DNA of 64,000 nt from Calditrichia bacterium (GCA_050633245.1 JBOEGD010000007.1:114196-178195); one strand, 5' to 3'. Shown: positions 47,565 through 57,052, numbered from the stretch's first letter. The notes: generated from the letters alone by a model not told the origin. A program made the numbers and translations.

Positions 47565-47787
47565 GTTGTCATAACAAAGCGTTTTTCAAATCGGTGAAGA
47601 CGGAGTTGCTTTACAACCGAGCGGTCTTTCAAATCCGGAGAGATGCACAAAGAGAAGTGCCTAGTTACATCGAAGGGCTTTACAATCGGATCAGACGCAA
47701 TTCATCCATCGGTTATCTGGCTCCGGTAGAGTTCGAGAAACGACATCATGCAGCTAAACTGAAAGTCTACTTTTTGGGTGAAGTACA
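47565..47787 (+). mobile_element. IS3-family remnant: transposase C-terminus plus right terminal IR
   Basis: Translation FFKSVKTELLY...YIEGLYNRIRRNSSIGYLAPVEFE, typical of the IS3 OrfB tail, followed by GTCTACTTTTTGGGTGAAGTACA ending in CA at 47787. Confidence 0.75.
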
Positions 47788-47860
47788 ATTTTCCTCTCAA
47801 ACAGCTCAGTTCGTATATTCATTTCAGTGTTTGTTAGCAGCTTTCGCTATAGTTTAATCT

Positions 47861-50800
47861 TTATCTAGCAATTCTTAATAAGTCAAAGTCTACATCAAAA
47901 TCTCTTTCCGAAATCGTGAAGTCAGGTTGGATTTTTTCTGGTAAAAGATTTTTGAGTTTTTTTAAAATAGTATTCAACTCATCAATTGAGTTTGCTCTGA
48001 GAATCAATCTTAAATAGTATGGATAACTATTTAGCAATTCTGAATATACCAATACTAGCCACTTTGTGAAAAAATGCTCTAAGTTATAAAGTTGTTGATT
48101 CAGCTCAAGTGGCATTAATCCCTCAAAATTATCATAGTTACAAACATAATGAGTCGGGAAAGAATTTATTTCAACTTGTTTCGGGCTAGAGAGGTAGGCC
48201 TTTTTTACGAGAACAAATGATGACTCTCCCTTTTTAGGGTTCTCCCTTTTCTTTTTTTGCAGTTTAATGTTGTAATTGCAATGATTGAATATTGATTTAG
48301 TTCTAACCAAAGAATCCCCACTATAAGGATTCCTGCCTTGAAGACTTATTTCATATTTTTTTTTACCCAGATTATTGATTGTCGTCCCGTTATTATCAAT
48401 TTCAATAAGTGAAGGCCACCCATCTAAGCTGTTTAGTAAAAAATCATTATTAATCCCTTTTTCTGTATATTTTGAAGAGAATGAAAAATAATTAATTTCA
48501 GATTTGAATCTATATTTGCTTTTTTCTAGGCAAGTCCTTACCAAATAATTTATTTGAGAGAAACAACTCCATGGAAAGGATAGTATTTGGTCTCTCGAGA
48601 CATTCAACTCAGGTCTTAAATCGTCTTTTAAGTTGACAATTCCTAGGCAAAAAGTATAGTCAGAATTTATTTCTTCCAGTGAAAGTTCAAGCTTGGTTCC
48701 CTTTTCAAAATAGTCTGGATTATTTTGAACAATTAAACCATTATGCGATAGTAGAATTTCACCTCTTATAGTGTTATAGTTTAGATTACCGTTAAACTCT
48801 TCTAGATCACTGATCAACTCATTTACCGGAATCATAATTTCGCGTTCTACTCTGCCAGATTTTTGCATCAAACGCAGTGACAACGATGGGGGCTCATTCT
48901 CTCGAAAGGTGCTAAAGTATAAACTCCATTCTACCCTTCGATCAATGAATTCATCTTCTTCGGATAGATATACATACCGTTCTCGATCATGATCCTGATG
49001 TCCATCCTTATATGTAAGATTTTTTCTTAGAAGAAATGCATACAACATTCCCGATGCATTTGGTGTTTTATCGTTAATAAGTCTGATTGGTACCCGGTGG
49101 ATTTCTGGATTAATTTCTTTGATGATTGACTTGTCTAGGAAGTGTGACAACCGTGATTTGTCTTCTCCAGATATTTTATGTTTTATGATTTTATCAGGAA
49201 GTTCATCTATTTGCTGATCTCCATACAGACTTGATTTATACTCTACAGGTACAAGGGATGCATATGCAAGATTTTCTAATATATTATGTATTTCAAAATC
49301 TTCTCTATCAAAATTGGGATTGATCCTGATCGATATTGATGTTCCAAATTCTTTCCGATAAGTTTTCTCATTCTTTAAATCTTGAGGCATTTCCTTAGGT
49401 ATGTCATCATCTGTATAAAGAAAATAATAGTTGTCAATTCCTTGTAGTGAAAGCCTAATCGGATGAATATTTTTATTGTCACAAAAAATTGATTTAGTAG
49501 AGACTTCAATAATATCTCCAACCATAAAGCACGATAGTATGCCAATACCAAATCTACTTATAGGTGTGAATTTCTTTTCACCTTCAGGGTAGTCAATTTT
49601 GCTAATCTCAAAATCGTCAGAGTTATAAAATGAATTGCCAATTTTTAAAAAATATTTCTCGATTTGATCAAGGGTCATTCCCATTCCATAATCATCCACC
49701 CGAACCCATTTGAAACCAGCTTCATCATGCCAAGTACTAAACTCAATTGGTTTTAGCTCGAAACTTGACTTTCTAACATGCATTTCATATTTTTCTCTGT
49801 GTCGGGTAGTGTCTATCGCATTTTGTAGCAGCTCTCTTACGAATACAAATGAGTTTTCATATAAGCTTTCCCCCATCAACAGGTTAAGTAATTGCTTCTG
49901 ATCCAATTTAAACTTGAACTCGCCTGACGTATACCCTTGACTATAAATGTGCGTTTTATCTATTTTATCTGGCAAAGCGAAAGTCCGCCATTTCTGCGAA
50001 CAGCTCCTCAATACAACTCTACATTGTTGTAATTCATTCTCAATTATTTCCAGAAAGTCTCTAATATCATTTTCGACTGCCGGGTGGTTCGGAGTTGCTT
50101 TAAAATAAATAGGGTATGAAATATCCTTTGACCATAATTGAAAATCAAAACCTTTTGATGCAAGATGTTTTTGCCATTCATTATGGCTTATTGAAGCCGA
50201 TGACGATTTGGGATTGTCAAGCCCCAAATATGAATAGACACTTTCTGGAGATCTCGAATAGTCAAAATCCAAAATATCTGCCAGCCTCAACAAAACAGCA
50301 CAAAACTTTAAGTCTGCATTGTTCCAATAATCCGAGGGGAGTTTGTCGCTTTCAATAAATTTTGTGCTCTCATTATGACTCAAACAAACGAGTGCTAATT
50401 CTTTTCTGAAATTAACACCTTCCCAATTCAATAAATCATCTATTTTGTCTAAATAGACCCAGACTCTTTCGGCATGAGACCATCGACAATACCATTCAGA
50501 CAGTTCATTATCAATAGTTGATTCTTGTTCTAACTTCAACCTAGCCGATGGATTAGTTGATAAAAAGAGTGAGAAAAGTTCTTCGCTTTGCAAATCATGT
50601 CTTGAATCTTCGTCGAATACCATTCCGATATCATGGTAGAATGCACTCAATATTAGTATTGCCGCCTCCAGATCGGTCAATTCATTGATTCTTGGCCCTA
50701 GAAGTTCTGAGTAAAGAGTAAGTATGTTAAGTTGGTGTTGACCATTATGTAGAGTATATGTTGGGAAAGTTTCAATGATTCTGTCCAAAATTGGAATACT

Positions 50801-50902
50801 GTATTCAATCAGTCTCTTCACACAAGTCACTTTTGAATCACTTGCTACTGATTTAAAATGCTTCCAAATATCAGTTTGATAAAATATTTCTTCAACCCGC
50901 AT
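47861..50902 (-). CDS. HD-family phosphohydrolase (HD-CE-like) fused to HSP90/GHKL ATPase; putative defence/conflict protein
   Basis: YTLHN..H, AFYHDIGM, R..HAER, SHN, LRLADILD. GHKL motifs LYE...FVRELLQNAIDT, DDYGMGM, ISRFGIGILSCF, FGT.I. Visibly AT-rich relative to neighbours. Confidence 0.85.
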   Translation of the reverse strand: MRVEEIFYQTDIWKHFKSVASDSKVTCVKRLIEYSIPILDRIIETFPTYTLHNGQHQLNILTLYSELLGPRINELTDLEAAILILSAFYHDIGMVFDEDSRHDLQSEELFSLFLSTNPSARLKLEQESTIDNELSEWYCRWSHAERVWVYLDKIDDLLNWEGVNFRKELALVCLSHNESTKFIESDKLPSDYWNNADLKFCAVLLRLADILDFDYSRSPESVYSYLGLDNPKSSSASISHNEWQKHLASKGFDFQLWSKDISYPIYFKATPNHPAVENDIRDFLEIIENELQQCRVVLRSCSQKWRTFALPDKIDKTHIYSQGYTSGEFKFKLDQKQLLNLLMGESLYENSFVFVRELLQNAIDTTRHREKYEMHVRKSSFELKPIEFSTWHDEAGFKWVRVDDYGMGMTLDQIEKYFLKIGNSFYNSDDFEISKIDYPEGEKKFTPISRFGIGILSCFMVGDIIEVSTKSIFCDNKNIHPIRLSLQGIDNYYFLYTDDDIPKEMPQDLKNEKTYRKEFGTSISIRINPNFDREDFEIHNILENLAYASLVPVEYKSSLYGDQQIDELPDKIIKHKISGEDKSRLSHFLDKSIIKEINPEIHRVPIRLINDKTPNASGMLYAFLLRKNLTYKDGHQDHDRERYVYLSEEDEFIDRRVEWSLYFSTFRENEPPSLSLRLMQKSGRVEREIMIPVNELISDLEEFNGNLNYNTIRGEILLSHNGLIVQNNPDYFEKGTKLELSLEEINSDYTFCLGIVNLKDDLRPELNVSRDQILSFPWSCFSQINYLVRTCLEKSKYRFKSEINYFSFSSKYTEKGINNDFLLNSLDGWPSLIEIDNNGTTINNLGKKKYEISLQGRNPYSGDSLVRTKSIFNHCNYNIKLQKKKRENPKKGESSFVLVKKAYLSSPKQVEINSFPTHYVCNYDNFEGLMPLELNQQLYNLEHFFTKWLVLVYSELLNSYPYYLRLILRANSIDELNTILKKLKNLLPEKIQPDFTISERDFDVDFDLLRIAR

Positions 50903-50924
50903 AAGTTTTGCCTCTAATATTTAG

Positions 50925-50943
50925 CGCTAACATATAGTTACGT
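50925..50943 (-). other. attI/core-site-like sequence ACGTAAC-TATAT-GTTAGCG
   Basis: Two inverted core-like sites with a 5-bp spacer, ending 22 bp before the ATG. A matching TGCTAAC lies at 47839-47833, just after the stop. Confidence 0.4.
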
Positions 50944-51145
50944 GCTTTTAATACTAAATCTTGCAATTACAGACGATAAATGCAATTGAGTTTATTGAGA
51001 CGATTTGTTAAATCAATGATGTATTTTTAAACGAGGGGAGTATTGAGTTGAAAATATAGAGGGACTATTGGGGGAAAACAAGAGATTGTTAGCCGTTTTA
51101 CAAGTATTTGGTTGGTCGCACTGACGTGTTAGTACTGGTTGGATT

Positions 51146-51486
51146 TAGGTCGTCCCTAATGGAACTTGTCAGACGCTTCGCTGGTAGGTTGTAGTCCCCC
51201 ACAAGCTCCGAAGGAGCGAACTAAAAACTACAAGCCTTCCAAAAAGCATAGCGACAGCTGGCTGTTGCCTACTTCGCTTTAGCTTCGACTCCGCTCAACC
51301 TGACGTGTTTCCGTAGCCTGAAACCTGAATTTAAAGCTCGGATCTCGACAAGCTCGATGTAACAAAATCGCTCACTGTTCACCGTTGCCTACTGCCCGAT
51401 TGCCTCTGCGGAGTGCATCCTGAGCATGCCGATGGACTCGGCATGACAAAGCCGATCACCGCGCACTGTTGCCTGCCGTCCCCTGC
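51146..51486. repeat. Mixed REP-like cluster
   Basis: Inverted degenerate copy of the ~1070-1114 element (TAGGTCGTCCCT...ACTTGT), hairpin GCTCC-GAA-GGAGC, and CTTCGACTCCGCTCAACCTGAC / CTCGACAAGCTCGATGTAAC motifs of the 5011 family. Confidence 0.7.
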
Positions 51487-54324
51487 CTATTTATCCAAAT
51501 AAAACAGACTCTCCTCCGGACGTAGCGGACGGTTCAGCCAGAGTGGTCGACGTAATCCATTTGGACCAGGTGCCGGGCGGGTCTTAGCCAGCCAGTTTTT
51601 ATAGACTTCAAAGGATTTTTGAGTATCGACGGCAATATCCCCATATTTATCGTCTGGCTCTGCCTTCGTGATACGCACCTTTTGATGCCAGCAGTGCATA
51701 CCGCTAATCGGGTCGGGATGAACCGGAAAGGTTATGTTCTGGTGAACACCACCATCACTCCAAAAAACGCGGGCAGAATCAGCATCATTGCTATCGAATG
51801 GCCCAATTCCCTTCATCGTACTCATCTTCCAAAGGCTGCCCTCTTTTTCGAGAGCAACGGTATTTGTTGCCCAACGATTACCGGTTTTATCCTGCGGGCG
51901 ACGCCAGCGACCAATGTGATGCGAACAGGCAACGATTCCCGGCTTCATACCTTCCGTTACCCATACCTTGTCGACAAAATAACCGATTTCAGTCGTAATA
52001 CGCAGCAGATCGTTTGTTTTAATACCAAGTCGCTCCGCATCGGAGACGTGCATCCAAATTGGATTGCGATTGGAAATTTCGGTTAACCATTTTGCGTTAC
52101 CGGAGCGCGAGTGGATAAGTGTCGGCAAACGGAATGTCGGCACCAGTGGAAAGTCGCCCTTTTCGCGCTCCAGATTTTCTTCATGCACATGACTTTTGAT
52201 GTAGGTAGGAATTGCATATTCCGGCCAACCCCAGTCGACTAACGTTTGCGAGAAAAATTCCTGTTTACGCGATGGCGTGGGAAATCCTGCATAAGCTTTG
52301 CCTTCAACCATTACGCCCGCAACATTGCCATCCTTTGCAATTAGTCCACTTTTCTCTTCAACTTTGGCATCTTTCAAATCGCTTTCCGGAATGCTTTTGA
52401 GATACTTTGCATACGATGAGGATTCTACTTCAAATGCGCCATATTTACGCATATAGGCCAGTGAATCAAGTCCTTCAGCCGCAGCCTTCTCAGATAGCCC
52501 CGGGGTATTGTCAAAGATAAAGCGATAGTATTCATCAATTGTTATTTTTTCGTTTTCACGATAGGGAGACAGGAAATGCTTGCGAATGCCCAGACTTCCA
52601 TCGGGGTCCATTCGCCAGGATAGTTCAATCCAAAACTCATCTTCTTCCCAAACTTCGCCCGGGTTTGCCTGCCAGGTAAACTCGACATTTTCTCCCAGCC
52701 TGCGGCGTGCTTCGCGTAACACCGGCTGGCGAAAAGCCATCCACATACCGGAGTGTGTCTCGTAACTTAATAGATCGTGGCGTTCACCGGCGTGCCCCAT
52801 GGGCAGAACATAATCGGCATAATAGGCCGTTTCATTCCAGGTCGGCGTCAGAGCGATATGCATGCCGAACATGTTTTCATCACTCAATGCCTCAATCCAA
52901 GAGAACCCATCCGGGTATGTCCAGACCGGATTAAAAACGCGACTAAAATAGACATCCATTTTGCCACGGTTTTCCTTCAAAAAATGCGGTAATAAGAAGC
53001 TAAGCTCATAGTGCGCAAGCGGATATTCGTTGGGAAAGTGAAGTTCATTCCAAAATTTCTGTGCCGGTGGTTTGTTGAACATCGTCGGCTTGAACTTATT
53101 CCATGCGCTGGGTGAGGTTCCACCAACGGTTCCAACGCTGCCGGTAAGCACATTTAGAAAATGCAGGCAACGAGACACTGCCCACCCTCCCAGGTTACCG
53201 CTGGAGGCGCTGCGCCAGTTGTGCGTGGCAAAGCGTTCACCCGCTTCACCAATTTGGCGAGCGACGTCGACTATCATCTCTGCAGAAATTCCTGCCTCTG
53301 CTGCTGCAAATTCCGGCGTGTATTCAGCATATTCCTCGCGCATCGCCTTTATGAAGTTCTCAAACGTTGCAGGCTTATCAGATTGACGTTGCTCCATATA
53401 CGTTTCCCAATTCACCCAATTTCGCAAAAAGGCTTCGTTATAAAGACCTTCATCCAGTATAATTTTTGCCATGGCCAGCAGCACCGCGGCCTCACTACCG
53501 GGATTAGTCGGCATCCAGTGCGTAGCCATCGATGCCGTATTGGAAAGGCGTGGATCCATTACCGCCAGCTTCGCCCCCTTCATCATGCCCTCAATAATGC
53601 GCTGTGCATGTGGGTTGAAGTAATGTCCCGATTCGAGGTGTGCACTAATCAACAAAATAAACCGGGCGTTCGCATGGTCCGGCGACGGTCTGTCGTAGCC
53701 ATGCCAAATGGCATAGCCAAAACGCGCACCGGCAGAACAAATATTGGTATGACTATTGTGTCCGTCTACACCCCACGCCTGAAGCACGCGATTGGCATAG
53801 CCTTCATGTCCGGGACGACCAACGTGATAAGCAATTTCATTGTGACGCTCTTCCTTAATCGCCCTGCTTAAACGATCGGCAATATCATCAAGAACTTCAT
53901 CCCAACTCACGCGTTCCCACTTCCCTTCCCCGCGTTTTCCCACGCGCTTCAGCGGATAGAGAATACGATCGGGATCGGTGATCTGGTTTATAGTTGCTGG
54001 TCCCTTGGCACAGTTGCGACCACGGCTACCGGGATGGTAAGGGTTTCCTTCAAACTTTCTAACTTCCATCGTTTCTTTATCTACATAACTCAGAAGACCA
54101 CAACCAGCCTCGCAATTAAAACAGCTGGTAGGAACGATCATGTAGTCTCTTTTTTTACGAGCATCACCACTTTTCGCCTCATATTCCTGCCAGTTATCCC
54201 ACATTTCCGGTGGTGGATATGCCGTTAACTCTCCCGGTTCGTTCAGATGGGGCAGCTTTTCACCATTGGTAAGTTTTGGAATAATTTTAAGAGACTCAGC
54301 GATTTTTTCGATAAAGGAGGCCAT
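51487..54324 (-). CDS. Mo/W-bisPGD oxidoreductase catalytic subunit (DMSO reductase superfamily), no Tat signal
   Basis: SCFNCEAGC...EGNP.HP.SRGRNCAKG (FS0 cluster), RILYPLKR.G.RGEGKWERVSWDE, HTNICS, NETAYYADYVLP, C-terminal dinucleotide-binding domain. Confidence 0.9.
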   Translation of the reverse strand: MASFIEKIAESLKIIPKLTNGEKLPHLNEPGELTAYPPPEMWDNWQEYEAKSGDARKKRDYMIVPTSCFNCEAGCGLLSYVDKETMEVRKFEGNPYHPGSRGRNCAKGPATINQITDPDRILYPLKRVGKRGEGKWERVSWDEVLDDIADRLSRAIKEERHNEIAYHVGRPGHEGYANRVLQAWGVDGHNSHTNICSAGARFGYAIWHGYDRPSPDHANARFILLISAHLESGHYFNPHAQRIIEGMMKGAKLAVMDPRLSNTASMATHWMPTNPGSEAAVLLAMAKIILDEGLYNEAFLRNWVNWETYMEQRQSDKPATFENFIKAMREEYAEYTPEFAAAEAGISAEMIVDVARQIGEAGERFATHNWRSASSGNLGGWAVSRCLHFLNVLTGSVGTVGGTSPSAWNKFKPTMFNKPPAQKFWNELHFPNEYPLAHYELSFLLPHFLKENRGKMDVYFSRVFNPVWTYPDGFSWIEALSDENMFGMHIALTPTWNETAYYADYVLPMGHAGERHDLLSYETHSGMWMAFRQPVLREARRRLGENVEFTWQANPGEVWEEDEFWIELSWRMDPDGSLGIRKHFLSPYRENEKITIDEYYRFIFDNTPGLSEKAAAEGLDSLAYMRKYGAFEVESSSYAKYLKSIPESDLKDAKVEEKSGLIAKDGNVAGVMVEGKAYAGFPTPSRKQEFFSQTLVDWGWPEYAIPTYIKSHVHEENLEREKGDFPLVPTFRLPTLIHSRSGNAKWLTEISNRNPIWMHVSDAERLGIKTNDLLRITTEIGYFVDKVWVTEGMKPGIVACSHHIGRWRRPQDKTGNRWATNTVALEKEGSLWKMSTMKGIGPFDSNDADSARVFWSDGGVHQNITFPVHPDPISGMHCWHQKVRITKAEPDDKYGDIAVDTQKSFEVYKNWLAKTRPAPGPNGLRRPLWLNRPLRPEESLFYLDK

Positions 54325-54384
54325 AGACAACTTTCGTATGTAATGTTTAAAACAGTCTTGTCAAATAAATCGGGTGTTAGAAGA

Positions 54385-54434
54385 TTGGAGCAGTTTTGAA
54401 AATCTTGGAGCAGTTTTGAAAACTGCTCCAAGAT
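54385..54434. repeat. Intra-operon palindrome ATCTTGGAGCAGTTTT-G-AAAACTGCTCCAAGAT with a duplicated left arm
   Basis: Perfect 16-bp inverted repeat at 54402-54434. TTGGAGCAGTTTTGAAAA occurs at both 54385 and 54405. Confidence 0.85.
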
Positions 54435-54436
54435 GG

Positions 54437-56026
54437 TTAGCTCAACGGCAACAATTGCGGGGCTTTAACCCAAATATTTTCAGTTATATACAACCCAACC
54501 AGAACACCAATAGCCGGTATATATAGCGGCAAATCTGTGAACGCTAACAGTCCAAGTGGTAATAGGTTGCCCAATAGAATTGCTAATCCCCAAAACTTAT
54601 CGCGAAATGGGCCGGCAACGATATAGGATGCAGTTTTCTGAGCATCCTGTGTGGGATGCGTTGTAAAGAGTTCCGCCATCAGCACAAGCAAGTTTGCAAA
54701 TATCGCAATGAACATGACGTCTGCCAGGAATCCGCGCCAAAGGCCGCTGCCAAGAGCGATAGCAAGTGGATAAGACAAAATGAGCGAAAAGGCCGCGCCA
54801 GCCAAAAATGGATGAATCAACATATGTAGCGGTAAGGCAGGGCTCTGCCAGAAGTCTCTGCCCTTGGCTTGCGCAAAAAGAAATGCGGTATAAACGGCCG
54901 TTAGCAGCGCAAAACCAGCTGTAATCCAGTTTATGGTCATATGAAGTTTTGGAGGTCCGGAACGGGTTGCCAGCGACAGCAGTAGAAAGAGCCCATAAAA
55001 CGTTATGATATAGCCACCGCGAGTCAGCCATGAGCTCCACTGCGGGCGAAGCAATACATAGGCGAAGCGTGAGGGCTTATCCAAGTCTTTAACCAGCAAT
55101 CCACCGGTAATCATCAAGAAGACCAGTGCCAAAACTCCACCTGAAAAAAAGATCGGTCCTTCCAAAAGACCGGGATAAAAGAAGCCTACCAGAAACGGAA
55201 GCAGGAACATGCCCGCAGAAATGGCTTTAGTAAGCACATAAGCGCTTACTTCCCATCCCCACAGCACGCCTTTATTCGGCGCATCATAAACTCGCCGTGG
55301 TTTAGTGGCTGTCTTTTTCTCCGACACCTCTGCCGGTTTTCCACCCAGCTGCCTAAGCATGTCAATAGGATTGCGGCTGGCTATCAGCGATTCGGCGTAT
55401 TTTGCAAAATGTCCTACCCCACCCTTCTGAGAATTCCACATATAGTGTTCGGCTGGTGTTGTGGAGGTTGGATTAAGTGTGGCATCATCTCCGTCAATAT
55501 AGAAAAGCTTTGGCTGGGTGCCCTTTTCAACCTTGCGGGCCGTCACCTGTTCGGTGGCAAGTAGCTGTGCAATTTCAGACGAAGGATTATCCATATCGCC
55601 TGAGATAATCGCGTGTTCCGGACAAACGTTTACGCAGGCCGGTTCAAGGCCAATATCTACCCGATGCGAGCAATAGTTGCACTTTGCAGCAGTATGCGTT
55701 TCCGGGTCAATATAAAGCGCATCGTATGGACACGCCTGCATACAGCCCTTGCACCCAATACACCTGCGATTATCGAAGTCTACAATACCGTCTTCGCGTG
55801 TGTAAAGAGCCTGCGTCGGACAAATATCTGTGCACGGCGCATCAGCACAATGATTACATCGCATAACCGAGAATAGCCGCCTGGTTGCGGGATATTCTCC
55901 CTTTTCAACATACTTCACCCAGGTACGATTTACCCCGATTGGAACATCGTGCTCCGATTTACAGGCAACCGTACACGCATGACAACCAATACACTTTCGG
56001 TTATCAATGATAAATCCAAAATTCAT
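54437..56026 (-). CDS. 4x[4Fe-4S] ferredoxin (NrfC/PsrB-like) fused to NrfD/PsrC-type membrane anchor
   Basis: CIGCHACTVAC, CNHCADAPCTDICP, CIGCKGCMQACPY, KCNYC...PACVNVCP, then WGWEV..Y, DLDKP.RF, SWLTRG and about 8 TM helices. Confidence 0.9.
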   Translation of the reverse strand: MNFGFIIDNRKCIGCHACTVACKSEHDVPIGVNRTWVKYVEKGEYPATRRLFSVMRCNHCADAPCTDICPTQALYTREDGIVDFDNRRCIGCKGCMQACPYDALYIDPETHTAAKCNYCSHRVDIGLEPACVNVCPEHAIISGDMDNPSSEIAQLLATEQVTARKVEKGTQPKLFYIDGDDATLNPTSTTPAEHYMWNSQKGGVGHFAKYAESLIASRNPIDMLRQLGGKPAEVSEKKTATKPRRVYDAPNKGVLWGWEVSAYVLTKAISAGMFLLPFLVGFFYPGLLEGPIFFSGGVLALVFLMITGGLLVKDLDKPSRFAYVLLRPQWSSWLTRGGYIITFYGLFLLLSLATRSGPPKLHMTINWITAGFALLTAVYTAFLFAQAKGRDFWQSPALPLHMLIHPFLAGAAFSLILSYPLAIALGSGLWRGFLADVMFIAIFANLLVLMAELFTTHPTQDAQKTASYIVAGPFRDKFWGLAILLGNLLPLGLLAFTDLPLYIPAIGVLVGLYITENIWVKAPQLLPLS

Positions 56027-56112
56027 AGACTATCCTTTATGCCAGTGGCGGACATGTGTCGTAACAAGAAGAGAAACAGATTTTAAGAGTTGATTTGCCG
56101 TTGTGGCTTCGC

Positions 56113-56141
56113 AAGATAGCAATATCGTTTGAATTTATCAA
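56113..56141 (-). promoter_or_regulatory. Candidate sigma-70-type promoter for the FeS-NrfD/Mo operon
   Basis: Minus strand TTGATA-N17-TATCTT with extended TG. Confidence 0.4.
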
Positions 56142-56215
56142 GGAAGCAGGAGTGGTAAGATTTGAATTAAACGGCAGGAACCTGCTGAAGAGGTCAAAAA
56201 TGGGCAATGCCCATT

Positions 56216-57046
56216 TTATTTGTCGGACGATTCCTTCCGAGCTGCCGAGTTTGGGCTATTTTGGCTTTCTGCAACGTAGGCCTTCTGACTATCGACCTGT
56301 TCCTTCATTTGACGAACCTCACGCGGGGTTAATTCACGCCATTCGCCAAAATTCAATTCGTTAACTTCGAGCCCGCCAAAGACCTGGCGATGTAGTTTTT
56401 CGACATTATAACCCAGAATTTCAAACATGCGCCTGATTTGTCGATTCCGGCCTTCGTGAATTTCGACTTCCAGAAAGCTGCGATTGCCCATGCGTCGTAG
56501 TTCTTTTGCCTTACATGGATGCGTTTTGCGTCCATCGAGCATCAGGCCTTTTTGAAAGTGGTGCAGATCGATGGGGCGGATCACTTTGTTTAGCAAAACG
56601 CGATACACTTTTTTAATCTCAAAGCGCGGGTGAATCAGATAATAGGCCAGTTCACCATCATTCGTTATAAGCAGTGCGCCGGTTGTGTTATAGTCCAGTC
56701 GGCCAACTGGAAAAAGGCGATGTGATGAGGAGATAAGGTCCATTACCGTGCGCCGTTTACGTTCATCCCGTGTTGTGGTAATGGTGCGCAGCGGTTTGTT
56801 CATCAAGACGTAAATCAGCTCATTTAGCGGTTTAATCAACTTGTCATCGAGTTTTACCTCATCCGTGTCAGGATTAACGCGCATTCCAAGGCGAGTTACC
56901 AGCTCATCATTCACCTTAACGCGTCCTTCGAGAATAAAGTTATCGCATCCGCGACGACTGCCTGCTCCCGCCATTGCTAAAAAACGGTTTAAGCGTACCA
57001 GTTGTTTATTTGCGTTATCGCTGTTCTGTTTCTTATCCTGATCCAT
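56216..57046 (-). CDS. rluB: 23S rRNA pseudouridine synthase (RluB/RsuA family)
   Basis: S4 domain RLNRFLAMAGAGSRR, FPVGRLDYNTTG, EGRNRQIRRM. Follows scpB. Confidence 0.88.
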   Translation of the reverse strand: MDQDKKQNSDNANKQLVRLNRFLAMAGAGSRRGCDNFILEGRVKVNDELVTRLGMRVNPDTDEVKLDDKLIKPLNELIYVLMNKPLRTITTTRDERKRRTVMDLISSSHRLFPVGRLDYNTTGALLITNDGELAYYLIHPRFEIKKVYRVLLNKVIRPIDLHHFQKGLMLDGRKTHPCKAKELRRMGNRSFLEVEIHEGRNRQIRRMFEILGYNVEKLHRQVFGGLEVNELNFGEWRELTPREVRQMKEQVDSQKAYVAESQNSPNSAARKESSDK

Positions 57047-57052
57047 GGTTTC

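Noticed and set aside
47462-47857. 131-aa ORF as a real gene
   Set aside because: Chimera of REP sequence, IS3 transposase tail and IR, with no credible start.
50921-50948. Chromosomal dif (XerCD) site
   Set aside because: Does not fit the 11-6-11 layout, and the XerD arm TTATGTTAAAT is only partly matched.
53161-53871. Long antisense ORFs (for example 53161-53871, 38698-39288, 58663-59280, 1761-2231)
   Set aside because: Shadows of well-supported genes on the opposite strand, with no motifs or RBS.
51487-54324. Selenocysteine formate dehydrogenase
   Set aside because: No in-frame TGA, and the ligand region is HTNICSAG without the FDH C/U-H signature.
56129-56141. FNR/CRP box TTGAA-TTT-ATCAA upstream of the Mo-enzyme operon
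   Set aside because: Spacer is 3 bp, not 4. Better explained as the -35 region.
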